Shown here: positions 9,158 to 19,202 of the stretch, piece by piece | Numbering within the stretch: position 1 is the stretch's first letter | Layout: each line of letters opens with the position of its first letter | Assembly (NCBI RefSeq): GCF_001458695.1 | Contig: NZ_LN885086.1 | Location: forward strand, 1,260,001-1,292,000 | Length of the DNA stretch: 32,000 nt | Origin: Candidatus Nitrospira inopinata | GTDB lineage: Bacteria; Nitrospirota; Nitrospiria; Nitrospirales; Nitrospiraceae | Reading direction: 5' to 3' | Made by a program: the position numbers and the translations under genes | Notes under the pieces: model-generated | What the model saw: only the letters and a program-made list of their open reading frames with translations | The model's database searches: none | What the model was told of the DNA's origin: nothing

Positions 9158-10228
9158 TCATGGGCGAGACCTTTCGTTCATGCGCTTGTACGGCAACCCG
9201 GCGGCTTCGGCGGCTTGCATGGATTGAGACCATGCGGCGGAGAGTCGGTTCAATACATCCGTCGGGAGCGGGAAAAATCCCTCCTTCACCACGACCTCTT
9301 GACCTTCGTGGCTGGTCGCGAATTTAACGAACTCTGCGACGATGGGCGCGAGTTCCTTTTCCGGAGATTTGTCCACGTACAAGTAGAGAAGACGTCTGAG
9401 AGGATAGGTTCCATTGATGGCCGTCTGAAAGGTCGCTTCGACAAAAGCGTCTCCGTCCCGTTCCGCCAGGGGAACGGCGCGGACGGTTGAAGTTTGGTAG
9501 CCGATGCCGCTGTATCCGATCGCGAAACGGTCTCTCATGACTTCTACGACGATCGACGCCGATCCCGGCTCTTCGATGACTCTGGGACTGAACTCGCCGT
9601 TCAGACAGACCTTCTCCCGGAAAAAGGTGGCGGTTCCTGACGGCGAGGTGCGTCCATGAAGCCAGATCTCCGCCTGACTCCATTCCCCGTCCAAGCCGAG
9701 TTGCCCCCATTTGGTGATCGGATGTTCCGCTTGCCGCCGTCGTTCTTTACAGAACATGGCCTCCAGTTCTTTGAACGTCAGACCGGTAATGGGGTTGTCC
9801 CGATGAACAAAAATCGCCAGTGCATCGGTGGCCACGGGCACTTCCGTCGGTTCGTAACCGTGTCGCTTCTTGAATTCCAAGATTTCGGCGGGCGTGAGCG
9901 GCCGAGAGACGGCGATAATCTGGGCGGTCTTTTCCAGCAAGGCCGGCGGACCCTGCTCGGACCCCGAACCTTGTATCCGAATGTCAATGTGGGGATAAAA
10001 CTCCTTCAATTTGCGTTCCCAATGTCTGGTCAACGGTTTCATCGTGTCGGACCCGACAATCGTTAAACTCCCGGTCATTGTTGACGAGCTCCGCACATAC
10101 GCATGAATATGTGGGTCGGTCGAGGGCTTAAGCTGAGCCTTTGCCGTGTCCGATAACCCTGTGACACCCATTGCGACTAGAAGCGCGATGACCCCCGCCC
10201 CCCGAAACAGTGCCACGCTCATCCGCAT
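9158..10228 (-). CDS. pstS: PstS-family phosphate ABC transporter substrate-binding protein (paralogue 1)
   Basis: Signal peptide, then IVGSDTM, QGSGSEQG and VATDALAIFVHRDNP, typical of PBP-like_2/PstS. AAAGGAGG SD precedes the ATG. Confidence 0.8.
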   Translation of the reverse strand: MRMSVALFRGAGVIALLVAMGVTGLSDTAKAQLKPSTDPHIHAYVRSSSTMTGSLTIVGSDTMKPLTRHWERKLKEFYPHIDIRIQGSGSEQGPPALLEKTAQIIAVSRPLTPAEILEFKKRHGYEPTEVPVATDALAIFVHRDNPITGLTFKELEAMFCKERRRQAEHPITKWGQLGLDGEWSQAEIWLHGRTSPSGTATFFREKVCLNGEFSPRVIEEPGSASIVVEVMRDRFAIGYSGIGYQTSTVRAVPLAERDGDAFVEATFQTAINGTYPLRRLLYLYVDKSPEKELAPIVAEFVKFATSHEGQEVVVKEGFFPLPTDVLNRLSAAWSQSMQAAEAAGLPYKRMNERSRP

Positions 10229-10246
10229 TCCTCCTTTCGCCCGTTC

Positions 10247-10252
10247 ATTATA
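10247..10252 (-). promoter_or_regulatory. Possible -10 element (TATAAT on the minus strand) for pstS paralogue 1
   Basis: Perfect TATAAT about 19 nt upstream of the ATG at 10228, followed by the AAAGGAGG SD. No good -35, as expected for an activator-dependent promoter. Confidence 0.3.
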
Positions 10253-10299
10253 TGCCGCCTATCAACGGCCGCTGAGGTTCTGTACCCTAGGAGAAGAAA

Positions 10300-10343
10300 G
10301 TTACACGGGCAAAACTTGTCTGTTACAGCCATGTAAAACCGAA
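10300..10343. promoter_or_regulatory. Candidate Pho-box repeats (GTTACA / TGTAAC units, 11/22-bp phasing)
   Basis: GTTACACGGGC AAAACTTGTCT GTTACAGCCAT GTAAAACCGAA. Read on the minus strand this gives TGTAAC twice, 22 bp apart, 72-100 bp upstream of pstS paralogue 1. Confidence 0.35.
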
Positions 10344-10403
10344 GGGCGCAAAATTCGTCCTCATGGCGAAATGCGCGAGAACTTGCAACCTTCTCTGTCG
10401 GAA

Positions 10404-10444
10404 TTAACACAGAGTTAACGCGGATGTCACGACCGTGGAACAAT
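10404..10444 (+). promoter_or_regulatory. Candidate Pho-box array upstream of pstS paralogue 2
   Basis: TTAACACAGAG TTAACGCGGAT GTCACGACCGT GGAACAAT. Three units start exactly 11 bp apart, with the same unit order as at 6751-6788. Confidence 0.4.
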
Positions 10445-10559
10445 GTCGCAGTAAGAAGAAAGCGGGCGTTTTTGTGTAATGGGCGGATTCATGCGTGTCC
10501 ATATGTGTCAAAGGTCTTCATCCGCTTCGGTCGTCAGTTTTAAAAAGGAAGGATCGTCC

Positions 10560-11570
10560 ATGCGCCGCATTCAGTTTGCAGGGTGCCGGATCGCCGTCGG
10601 CTTCTTAGTGCTTTTGTGCTTGTGGACCGAACCGGTCGGAGCGAATCAGTCCAGTTTAATCAAGGTCGATGGATCGAGCACGGTCTATCCTGTGACGGAG
10701 GCCGTGGCCGAGGAGTTTCAAAACGCTCATCGCGGCAAGATCCGAGTGACCGTGGGGATCGCGGGATCGGGTGGAGGATTCAAAAAGTTTTGTCGCGGCG
10801 AGATCGATATCGCCGATGCCTCACGGCCGATTTTGAAGGAGGAAATGGCGCTGTGCCAAAAAAACGGCATCGCGTATTATGAGTTGCCCGTGGCTTTCGA
10901 CGCGTTGACGGTGGCGGTCAGCCCGAAAAACACGTGGGTGGATTCGATGACCGTCGAGGAATTGAAGAAGATCTGGGAGCCCTCCGCGCAAGGCAAAGTG
11001 ACGCGATGGAATCAGGTCCGTCCCTCCTGGCCCGACGCCCAGCTTGTGCTCTTTGGCGCCGGATCCGATTCGGGCACCTTTGATTATTTTACCGACGCGA
11101 TCGTCGGAAAGCCGAAATCCAGCCGGGGCGATTACACGGCGAGCGAAGACGATAACGTGTTGGTCCAAGGCATTGAACGCAATGTAAACTCGTTGGGGTA
11201 CGTTCCCTATGCCTATTACGCGGCGCAACAGAAGAAACTCAAGGCCGTCGCGATCGTTGGAAAGAACGGACCCGTGTTGCCGAGCGTTGAGACCGTGAGG
11301 GACGGCAGTTACCAGCCGCTGGCGCGCCCTCTCTTTATCTACGTGAGCGCTGAAGCGGCGAAACGGCCGGAGGTGCGACAGTTCGTCGAGTACTATCTCA
11401 CGGAGGGGCCGAAGCTCATCGCGGAAGTCCGCTACGTGCCGTTGCCGGATCAAGCCTATGGCATGGCCCGCGAGCGATTCGCAAGAGGCGTCGTCGGAAC
11501 GGGGTTCGGGGGAGAGCCGGAAGTCGGATTGCCGGTCGAAGAGATCATGAAACGTCCTCCGAAACAATAA
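10560..11570 (+). CDS. pstS: PstS-family phosphate-binding protein (paralogue 2)
   Basis: The ATG at 10560 has an AAGGAAGGA SD and gives a signal peptide ([21 protein letters not shown]...). Motifs [18 protein letters not shown] and DIADASR. The track start at 10479 is probably too far upstream. Confidence 0.85.
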   Translation: MRRIQFAGCRIAVGFLVLLCLWTEPVGANQSSLIKVDGSSTVYPVTEAVAEEFQNAHRGKIRVTVGIAGSGGGFKKFCRGEIDIADASRPILKEEMALCQKNGIAYYELPVAFDALTVAVSPKNTWVDSMTVEELKKIWEPSAQGKVTRWNQVRPSWPDAQLVLFGAGSDSGTFDYFTDAIVGKPKSSRGDYTASEDDNVLVQGIERNVNSLGYVPYAYYAAQQKKLKAVAIVGKNGPVLPSVETVRDGSYQPLARPLFIYVSAEAAKRPEVRQFVEYYLTEGPKLIAEVRYVPLPDQAYGMARERFARGVVGTGFGGEPEVGLPVEEIMKRPPKQ

Positions 11571-11642
11571 ATCGCGTTCTCCTCATCCGTTTTGGATTCT
11601 TCTGGCGTACGCCGAGACCATTGTGTTTCAGACCGGTTTCTT

Positions 11643-12599
11643 ATGCCTACTGTTATAATGGAGGAAAAAGAGGCGATTCTCATCGGCAAGTCGGGTGGAA
11701 CGGAAGCGCCCGGCCGCCGCCGCGCACGACGGCGGCGGGAATTCGTCATCGAGGGCGGGCTGTTGCTCGCCGCTTTGGTATCGGTGGCGACCACCGTTAC
11801 GATTCTGGCCGTCCTGTTGTTCGAGTCGCTCGGATTTTTTGAAATCGTCTCTCTCCAAGACTTCTTGACCGATACGCTGTGGACGCCCCTCTTCGATGAT
11901 CCTCACTATGGGATTTTGCCCCTGTTGGCCGGCACCATCGTCACCAGCCTCGTCGGTCTGTTGGTGGCCATTCCGGTCGGAACCGTGTCGGCCATCTATC
12001 TGTCGGAGTTCGCCTCGCCTCGCATAAGGGAAGTCATCAAACCGACGCTGGAGCTGCTGGGCGCGGTGCCGACGGTGGTCTATGGGTACTTTGCCCTCCT
12101 CGTGGTGACGCCGGCTCTGCAACTGCTGTGGCCGGACCTTCCGGGCTTTAACATGTTGGGACCAGGGATCGTCATCGGCATCATGATTCTGCCGCTCGTG
12201 ATTTCGTTGAGTGAGGACGCGATGCGGGCCGTCCCGATGATGCTGCGAGAGGGGTCCTATGCCATGGGGGCCACGCACTTGGAAACGGCGTGGCGGGTCG
12301 TCGTGCCGGCGGCCACGTCGGGCATTGTGGCGGCCTATGTGCTCGGCGTGTCGCGCGCGGTCGGCGAAACGATGGTGGTGGCGATTGCGGCCGGACAGAA
12401 TCCGAATCTCACGTGGAACCCCATGGAGCCCGCCGCCACGATTACCGCGTACATTGTCCAGGTCGCCCTCGGTGACCTGCCGCATGGCAGCATCGGCTAT
12501 CGGAGCATTTTCGCGGCCGGACTGGTGCTGGCCGTGATGACGTTCGCCTTTAACATTCTTGGGCACGTCATGCGAAAGCGGTTTCGGGAGGTTTATTAG
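11643..12599 (+). CDS. pstC: Phosphate ABC transporter permease PstC
   Basis: Multi-TM protein with an EAA-type loop (SLSEDAMRAVP...GA). Position in the pstSCAB order fits. Start uncertain: TTG 11592, ATG 11643 or ATG 11658. Confidence 0.85.
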   Translation: MPTVIMEEKEAILIGKSGGTEAPGRRRARRRREFVIEGGLLLAALVSVATTVTILAVLLFESLGFFEIVSLQDFLTDTLWTPLFDDPHYGILPLLAGTIVTSLVGLLVAIPVGTVSAIYLSEFASPRIREVIKPTLELLGAVPTVVYGYFALLVVTPALQLLWPDLPGFNMLGPGIVIGIMILPLVISLSEDAMRAVPMMLREGSYAMGATHLETAWRVVVPAATSGIVAAYVLGVSRAVGETMVVAIAAGQNPNLTWNPMEPAATITAYIVQVALGDLPHGSIGYRSIFAAGLVLAVMTFAFNILGHVMRKRFREVY

Positions 12600-12600
12600 T

Positions 12601-13491
12601 GTGATCAAGCGCCGGAAATTTTCAGAAGCCTTGTTCAAGGCGCTTGGGCTGAGCGCGCTGGTTCTGGCGGTCGGTACGCTGGTTCTGTTGTTTGGAGCGC
12701 TCCTCGTCGACGGCATCGGGCGGCTTGATTGGCGATTCATGACGTCGTTTCCCTCCCGCCATGCGTCGCAGGCCGGTATCCTCCCCGCCGTCGTCGGCTC
12801 GACCTTGGTGATGCTGGTCACAGCGTGCGTGGGGATTCCGATCGGAGTCGCCGCCGCCATTTATTTGGAAGAATACGCGAGGCGGACGTGGCTGACGGAA
12901 TTGATCGAGGTGACCGTCACGAATTTGGCCGGCGTGCCGTCGATTATTTTCGGATTGCTCGCGCTGGGGCTGTTCGTTTATATGCTGGGTCTTGGGTCGA
13001 GCATTTTGACGGCGGGGTTGACCCTGGCCTTATTGATTCTTCCGGTGGTGATCGTGACGACACGGGAAGCCATACGCGCCATTCCGGTCCAAATACGCGA
13101 GGCCGCCTTTGCGTTGGGAGCCACCAGGTGGCAGACGGTTGCCGACCACGTTTTGCCCTACTCGGCTTCGGGGATCTTGACGGGCATCATTTTGGCCCTA
13201 AGCCGCGCCATCGGGGAGACGGCTCCGATCGTGACGGTCGGAGCCCTCACGTTCATCGCGTTTCTGCCTCCTTCACCGATCACCGATCAGCCGCCATACC
13301 TCTCGTTTGAATGGCTCATGTCCCCCTTCACCGTGATGCCGATCCAGATGTTCGCTTGGGTGTCCAGGCCAGGCGAGGATTTCGCCGCCAATGCGGCCGC
13401 CGCGGGCTTGTTGTTGGTGGGAATGACCCTCGCCATGAACGGACTGGCGATCTACGTGCGCTATCGGATGCGCAAGCGCGTGTCTTGGTAA
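12601..13491 (+). CDS. pstA: Phosphate ABC transporter permease PstA
   Basis: The GTG at 12601 lies 10 nt after GGGAGG and 1 nt after the pstC stop. EAA loop ([10 protein letters not shown]...GAT). The track start at 12559 would overlap pstC by 41 nt. Confidence 0.85.
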   Translation: MIKRRKFSEALFKALGLSALVLAVGTLVLLFGALLVDGIGRLDWRFMTSFPSRHASQAGILPAVVGSTLVMLVTACVGIPIGVAAAIYLEEYARRTWLTELIEVTVTNLAGVPSIIFGLLALGLFVYMLGLGSSILTAGLTLALLILPVVIVTTREAIRAIPVQIREAAFALGATRWQTVADHVLPYSASGILTGIILALSRAIGETAPIVTVGALTFIAFLPPSPITDQPPYLSFEWLMSPFTVMPIQMFAWVSRPGEDFAANAAAAGLLLVGMTLAMNGLAIYVRYRMRKRVSW

Positions 13492-13501
13492 CTCCGACGT
13501 C

Positions 13502-14320
13502 ATGGCCCGACCCGTGGATGGCTCACACACCGACTCGGCCGGAAGAGGAGACTGGCCCAAACCGCTCAAGGCGGAAACGTGCGAGCTGAGTTTTTACTAT
13601 GGAACTCGGCTGGTGCTGAAGCGGGTGTCGGTCCCGATCGCCGAGTGCAACATCACGGCGTTGATCGGCCCGTCCGGATGCGGCAAATCGACGTTTCTGC
13701 GATGTTTTAACCGCATGCACGATCTCTATCCCGGCACCCGCTACGAAGGAACCATCGTGCTCTATCCGGACAGCCGCAATATCCTGGACCGTGAAGTCGA
13801 TCCGATTGAAGTGCGTATGCGATTGGCCATGGTCTTTCAGAAACCCAATCCCTTTCCCAAGTCCGTGTACGAGAACGTCGCCTACGGCCTACGAGTTCGA
13901 GGGGTGAAGGATCGGCGCGTGATCGACGAAAAGGTCGAGCAGGCCTTGCGAAGCGCGGCGTTGTGGGAAGAGGTCAAGGATCGATTGTCCGCTCTGGGGA
14001 CGTCGTTGTCGGGGGGGCAGCAGCAGCGTCTCTGCATCGCCCGCGCGCTCGCGACCGATCCGGAACTGTTGCTGTTGGACGAGCCGACGTCGGCGCTCGA
14101 CCCCATTGCGACGGCGAGTATCGAAGAGCTGTTGCAGGATTTGAAACGCCGCGTGACAATTCTGATCGTGACGCATAATATGCAACAGGCAGCGCGGATC
14201 TCCGACTGGACGGCGTTCATGTATCTTGGTGAACTCGTGGAATTCGGCCCCACCAAACGGCTGTTTACGACTCCCGCGAAGAAACAGACCGAAGACTACA
14301 TCACGGGACGGTTTGGTTGA
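13502..14320 (+). CDS. pstB: Phosphate ABC transporter ATP-binding protein PstB
   Basis: Walker [10 protein letters not shown], signature LSGGQQQRL, Walker [13 protein letters not shown], and a CFNRMHDL segment typical of PstB. Confidence 0.93.
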   Translation: MARPVDGSHTDSAGRGDWPKPLKAETCELSFYYGTRLVLKRVSVPIAECNITALIGPSGCGKSTFLRCFNRMHDLYPGTRYEGTIVLYPDSRNILDREVDPIEVRMRLAMVFQKPNPFPKSVYENVAYGLRVRGVKDRRVIDEKVEQALRSAALWEEVKDRLSALGTSLSGGQQQRLCIARALATDPELLLLDEPTSALDPIATASIEELLQDLKRRVTILIVTHNMQQAARISDWTAFMYLGELVEFGPTKRLFTTPAKKQTEDYITGRFG

Positions 14321-14324
14321 GCGC

Positions 14325-14996
14325 ATGACGCAACGGCATTTTGACGAAGAACTCGCCGAACTGAAGGCCAAATTGGTGCGGATGGCCGGCTTGGCGGAAG
14401 ATCAGATCGACAAAGCGCTCGAGGCGCTCGTGAAGCGCGACTCGGAACGGGCGAGTCAGGTGATCGAACGGGATCACAAGGTCAACGCCCTGGACGTGGA
14501 GATCGACGAGGAGTGCATCAGCCTGTTGGCGCTCCACCAGCCGGCCGCGCGGGACCTGCGGTTGGTGACGACGGCCATGAAAATCTCGACGGAGCTCGAA
14601 CGGATCAGCGACCTCGCCGAAAATATCTGTGAGCGGACGATCGAACTGAACCAAGAACCCCAGTTGAAACCCTACATTGATATTCCGCGGATGGGCGGCA
14701 TTGCCAGGATGATGGTGAAAGAAAGCATCGACGCCTTCGTCAAAGAAGACGCGGCGCTCGCGAGAAAAGTCCTCAAAGACGACGATTTGGTCGATGATCT
14801 GATGGAACAGATCTTCCGTGAGCTCCTGTCGTTCATGATCGAGAACCCCCATACCATTTCGCGCGCGATCCGGCTCAGTTTTGTGGCGAAGTATTTGGAG
14901 CGAATCGCCGATCACGCCACCAACATGGCCGAGTTGGTGGTCTATCTCGTCGAGGGGAAGATCATCCGCCACACCGCGCCTCCCGTCTTTCCGTAG
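14325..14996 (+). CDS. phoU: Phosphate signalling complex protein PhoU
   Basis: The ATG at 14325 (MTQRHFDEELAELK) lies 4 nt after the pstB stop. Two PhoU repeats are present. The track start at 14226 overlaps pstB. Confidence 0.88.
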   Translation: MTQRHFDEELAELKAKLVRMAGLAEDQIDKALEALVKRDSERASQVIERDHKVNALDVEIDEECISLLALHQPAARDLRLVTTAMKISTELERISDLAENICERTIELNQEPQLKPYIDIPRMGGIARMMVKESIDAFVKEDAALARKVLKDDDLVDDLMEQIFRELLSFMIENPHTISRAIRLSFVAKYLERIADHATNMAELVVYLVEGKIIRHTAPPVFP

Positions 14997-15052
14997 CGGC
15001 GTTCGGGATCGGGAACGGAGCCGGTTTCTGGCGATCCGGCGGCCGCCTTCGT

Positions 15053-15081
15053 TTGAAATGACCTGTGCCCTGTGCTAGCAT
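15053..15081 (+). promoter_or_regulatory. Sigma-70-like promoter TTGAAA-N17-TAGCAT immediately upstream of ftsK
   Basis: -35 at 15053-15058 and -10 at 15076-15081. The ftsK ATG at 15088 is 6 nt after the -10 and has no SD, which would make a leaderless or near-leaderless mRNA. Confidence 0.35.
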
Positions 15082-15087
15082 CGGCCC

Positions 15088-17541
15088 ATGGGTGCGACCA
15101 CCTCTGCCAAGCGGGGCGAGTCTCGCCGCGGTTCCAACGCTTCTTCCCATCTCCAACGAGAAGTCGCCGGCGTCATCGCGATTGCGGTGAGTCTGCTGTT
15201 GTTTCTGAGCCTCGTCTCGTTTGTGCCGGGCGAGGCGACGACGCCGGCGACCGGCGTCGCGTCGTCTCATCAACCGAAAAACCTCATCGGATCGTTCGGC
15301 GCTTTGGTAGGCGCCTGGTTTTTCCATCTGATCGGAGGAGCGGCGTATTTGTTCCCCATCTTGTTGGCCAGGCTGGGAGTCCGCTGTTTCTCCAGCAACA
15401 ATCCTGTGAGCATCACTCTCCGAACGACGGCAAGCTCGCTCGCGGCGGTGTGTTTTTTGAGCGCGTTTCTGCATCTGGAAGCGACGGGGGTGCCGACCGT
15501 CAGCAGCGGGGTGATTTCTCGCGGCGCGGCCGGCGGCGTGGTCGGACAGTTTATCGGGAACGGATTACGGGCGATATTCGCGGGGACGGGCGCTCACATT
15601 GTGATCATCGCGGGGTTCTTGGTCTCGCTCTTGTTTACCGCTCCGCTCTCGCTCGGCGAAACGGCTCGGCGTATTCGGGATCGAGGCAGGGCGTGGCTGG
15701 AGCGGGCGGGTTCCCGACTCTCGGAGCGTCGAGACCGCGACCCCAAGCCGATCGGCGGCCGCGAAGAAGAATCTGAAAATCGGAAGATGGCCCAATCTCC
15801 AACGATGATCGGCGTAGGCCGCGAACGTGTCGAAATCGAAGACGCCGTCGAAACGCCGACGTCGGCGAGCGGGCTCACGGGGAGCGCCGGCAAGCCGGTC
15901 TTTGTCTCTTCCGTGGTCGGATCGGAGAGAGAACACCGTGTCGAACGGGAGTATTCTCGTGTTTGCGTGGCCCCCGGCGAGTATCGCCTTCCCGATCCGG
16001 CGACGATTCTCAGCGATCCTCCCGCTTCGACGGCCCGCGTGTCCGACGAAGAGCTGTACGCTCAGACCGAAGTGCTCTCAAAAGCCTTGGCGAGTTTCGG
16101 CATCGAAGGCCGGGTGACGGAAGTTCGGCCCGGCCCGGTCGTCACGATGTACGAGTTCGAGCCGGCGCCCGGCACCAAGGTCGCGCGGATTGTGAACCTG
16201 GCGGACGATCTCGCGCTGGCGCTCAAGGCCGTGAGCCTCCGCATCGTGGCTCCGCTTCCGGGAAAGTCGGTGGTCGGCATCGAGGTGCCGAACGTCTCAC
16301 GCGAAACCGTTTCCATCAAAGAGGTGTTGATGAGCGGCGCCTTTTCCAGGGCGCGCTCGAAACTGACGTTGGCGCTGGGGAAAGACATTTTCGGAGCGCC
16401 GGTGACGGCCGATCTTAGGACCATGCCGCATCTGTTGGTGGCTGGCGCGACGGGCGCGGGGAAGAGCGTCGGGCTCAATACGATGTTGCTGAGCATTCTC
16501 TTTTCGGCCAAGCCCAACGAAGTCAAATTGTTGCTCATCGACCCAAAAATGCTGGAGTTTCAATCATACGAGGGGATCCCCCATCTGTTGCGGCCGGTCA
16601 TGACCGACGCCAAGTCGGCGGCGAAGGGGCTGGGATGGGTCGTCGCCGAGATGGAACGCCGGTATAAATTGTTGGCGGAGGCCGGAGTCAGAAGCATCGA
16701 CGCGTACAATCGCAAAGTGGCCGGACTGCATGAAGCTGCCGCCGGAAAACCGGCTCCCGCTGTTGAGCAGCCGGAGCTGCCGATGCAGTTTCTCTCGGAG
16801 GAGGAGCGGCTGTCGGCGGGAGAGTCCGCGATCGCCGCCGGCGAGCCGGGCTGCACGCAGACGAAACCGACGCCTCCGGAGCCGCTGCCCTACATCGTGG
16901 TGATGATCGACGAACTGGCCGATTTGATGATGGTGGCCCCCAAGGAGGTGGAAGACAAGATCGCGAGGCTGGCCCAAATGGCGCGGGCGTCCGGTATCCA
17001 TCTGGTGCTGGCGACGCAGCGGCCTTCCGTCGACGTGTTGACGGGCTTGATCAAGGCGAATTTCCCCGCGCGCATCGCCTTCCAGGTATCCTCGAAAACC
17101 GACTCGCGGACGATCCTGGACGCTAACGGGGCGGAGGCCTTGCTCGGCAAGGGCGACATGTTGTATCTCGCTTCCGGTACCGGCCGGCTCGTTCGGTTAC
17201 ACGGGTCTTTTGTGTCGGACGACGACGTGCGGGCGGTCGTGGAGTTTGTGAAGCAACAGGCGTCGCCCGCCTACGATCAGGAATTGCAATCGCTCAACGG
17301 CGACGAAGCGAAGGCGGAAGAAGAAGTAAAAGACGAAGTGTATGAGCAGGCCAAAGAGCTGGTGCTGAGCACCGGGCAGGCGTCGGCCTCGCTCCTCCAG
17401 CGGCGGCTGCGGGTCGGCTATCCGAGGGCCGCTCGCATGATCGAGCGAATGGAGGCGGAAGGCATCGTGGGAGCGGCGGGTCGTGACGGACGGCGCGAGG
17501 TGCTGGGGCGTCGCGGGCCCGTGGGAGCGGTGGAGGGATGA
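15088..17541 (+). CDS. ftsK: DNA translocase FtsK/SpoIIIE
   Basis: N-terminal TM helices and a low-complexity linker. Motor domain with Walker A GATGAGKS and Walker B VVMIDELADL. C-terminal gamma winged-helix (SASLLQRRLRVGYPRAARMIERME). Confidence 0.95.
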   Translation: MGATTSAKRGESRRGSNASSHLQREVAGVIAIAVSLLLFLSLVSFVPGEATTPATGVASSHQPKNLIGSFGALVGAWFFHLIGGAAYLFPILLARLGVRCFSSNNPVSITLRTTASSLAAVCFLSAFLHLEATGVPTVSSGVISRGAAGGVVGQFIGNGLRAIFAGTGAHIVIIAGFLVSLLFTAPLSLGETARRIRDRGRAWLERAGSRLSERRDRDPKPIGGREEESENRKMAQSPTMIGVGRERVEIEDAVETPTSASGLTGSAGKPVFVSSVVGSEREHRVEREYSRVCVAPGEYRLPDPATILSDPPASTARVSDEELYAQTEVLSKALASFGIEGRVTEVRPGPVVTMYEFEPAPGTKVARIVNLADDLALALKAVSLRIVAPLPGKSVVGIEVPNVSRETVSIKEVLMSGAFSRARSKLTLALGKDIFGAPVTADLRTMPHLLVAGATGAGKSVGLNTMLLSILFSAKPNEVKLLLIDPKMLEFQSYEGIPHLLRPVMTDAKSAAKGLGWVVAEMERRYKLLAEAGVRSIDAYNRKVAGLHEAAAGKPAPAVEQPELPMQFLSEEERLSAGESAIAAGEPGCTQTKPTPPEPLPYIVVMIDELADLMMVAPKEVEDKIARLAQMARASGIHLVLATQRPSVDVLTGLIKANFPARIAFQVSSKTDSRTILDANGAEALLGKGDMLYLASGTGRLVRLHGSFVSDDDVRAVVEFVKQQASPAYDQELQSLNGDEAKAEEEVKDEVYEQAKELVLSTGQASASLLQRRLRVGYPRAARMIERMEAEGIVGAAGRDGRREVLGRRGPVGAVEG

Positions 17542-18248
17542 GTCGTCGTCGATGGGCTTGGCTTCCGTTGGTTTTGTGTGTGACCGCGTCGGCTTGGGGC
17601 GCGGAGGAGCCTGCCGATCATCAGGCGCTTCAAGAAGTCCGTGACATCGTCAAGCATATTCAGAGTCGATACGAGAAGACCAAGGACCTGCAGGCCGACT
17701 TTGTCCAAAAAACCAGGATCGAAGGGTTTGAGCGGCCCGTGACGTCAAGCGGCAAGGTGTATCTGAAACGACCGGGGCGATTGCGGTGGGACTACCTGGA
17801 GCCGGCGAACGAACGAATCTACGTCGCCAATGACGACGTCAAGGTGTATGTGCCGGAACATAAACAGGTGCTGGTCGGAAAGTTGACGCAGATGGCGGCC
17901 TCCAAGGCGCCGTTGGAATTGTTACAGGGAGCCGGCAAGTTGGAAGAATCCTTCGACATCAGGCCGGCGGAGGGCGACGAGCGGGGGACGGGGGGGCTTC
18001 GTCTCGTCGCGCTGTTTCCAAAGGCCAAGGACCACGAATCGACAAGAAACCCTCAGCGAATCGTCATCGAGGTGTTCCCTAAAACGTATTTTCTCCGCAC
18101 CGTGTCTTTGTATGAAGCCAGCGGCAACGTCTCGACGTTCGAATTTTCCAATTTGAGGGCGAACGTGGGTTTGGCGAACGAGACGTTCGAGTTCGTCATC
18201 CCGTCCGACGTTGAAGTGATTCAGGCTCCGGTCATGACCGGGCCGTAG
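17538..18248 (+). CDS. lolA: Outer-membrane lipoprotein carrier protein LolA
   Basis: Signal peptide and LolA-like core (DFVQKT...SGKVYLKRPGRLRWDY). Classical ftsK-lolA synteny with an ATGA overlap. Confidence 0.8.
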   Translation: MSRRRWAWLPLVLCVTASAWGAEEPADHQALQEVRDIVKHIQSRYEKTKDLQADFVQKTRIEGFERPVTSSGKVYLKRPGRLRWDYLEPANERIYVANDDVKVYVPEHKQVLVGKLTQMAASKAPLELLQGAGKLEESFDIRPAEGDERGTGGLRLVALFPKAKDHESTRNPQRIVIEVFPKTYFLRTVSLYEASGNVSTFEFSNLRANVGLANETFEFVIPSDVEVIQAPVMTGP

Positions 18249-18384
18249 GAGGCGCGATCTCCGTCGGCGCCCTTCGGCGCGCGGTGGGATCCTCCACGCG
18301 AAAATCACTGAGCAAGGTCGATGGCAGAAAAGGAGCGGGTCCGATCGTGGAGAGTATGATCACGATGCTGAAAGGTGGACGTCC

Positions 18385-19146
18385 ATGATACGGGAGGCAA
18401 GTGCCGTGGTGGAGGCGGTCAATCAAGCGGTGGCGGCGTTGGATCTCGACCGGCTACACGGAGAGTATTGGGATCAGGAAGAGTTTCTGGTCATCAAACA
18501 GTTCTTGCCGCGGGCCTTCGTGGAGCAGGCCCTGGTGCCGCAGGCCCAAGGCGTAAAGGGCGAACTCAATCGCAACTACATTCCCGGCCATAAGAAGGGC
18601 GGAAGCGTCAGTTATTATACGGTTCAGGAAAAAGCGCCCCGTTTTTTGGACATCTACCGATCGGAGTCGTTCAAGCGTTTCCTCAACCGGCTCACGGACG
18701 CGGACGTGATGGTCTGTCCGGACAATGATCCCCACGCGTGCGCGCTCTACTACTACACGGAGCCGGGGGACCACATCGGATTTCACTATGACACGTCTTA
18801 TTACAAGGGAGCGCGCTATACGATTTTGATGGGGTTGGTCGACCGATCAACGTGCTGCAAGTTGGTATGCGACCTCTTCAAGGATCATCCGACCAAACCG
18901 CTTCGTCATCTTGAATTGGTCACCGAGCCGGGAGACCTGGTGATTTTCAACGGCGACAAACTCTGGCACGCCGTCACGCCTCTCGGAGAAGGAGAAGAGC
19001 GGATCGTGCTGACGATGGAGTACGTGACGAATTCGGACATGAATCCGATCAAGCGGCTCTACTCGAATCTGAAGGACTCGATCGGCTATTTCGGCCTCAG
19101 AACGGTTTTCAAACGGGCATGGTCCGATCCGAAGCGTTCGCGATGA
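18385..19146 (+). CDS. 2OG-Fe(II) oxygenase superfamily protein (prolyl-hydroxylase-like)
   Basis: HYD (HxD) in GDHIGFHYDTS plus a distal His in KLWHAV, with surrounding beta-strand pattern. AAAGGTGG SD. Substrate unknown. Confidence 0.55.
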   Translation: MIREASAVVEAVNQAVAALDLDRLHGEYWDQEEFLVIKQFLPRAFVEQALVPQAQGVKGELNRNYIPGHKKGGSVSYYTVQEKAPRFLDIYRSESFKRFLNRLTDADVMVCPDNDPHACALYYYTEPGDHIGFHYDTSYYKGARYTILMGLVDRSTCCKLVCDLFKDHPTKPLRHLELVTEPGDLVIFNGDKLWHAVTPLGEGEERIVLTMEYVTNSDMNPIKRLYSNLKDSIGYFGLRTVFKRAWSDPKRSR

Positions 19147-19202
19147 CGCCCGTGCGCGTCTGCCGATTTCCCGGACTCCGCAAGCGGCCCCGTGATCGTT
19201 TT

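Noticed and set aside
11628-12860. 410-aa ORF on the minus strand
   Set aside because: Antisense to pstC and pstA, both of which have clear permease features. The translation is Arg/His/Gly-rich noise.
15072-15776. 234-aa plus-strand ORF in an alternative frame at the 5' end of ftsK
   Set aside because: It overlaps the ftsK transmembrane region in another frame, gives an Arg/Gly-rich translation, and has no independent support.
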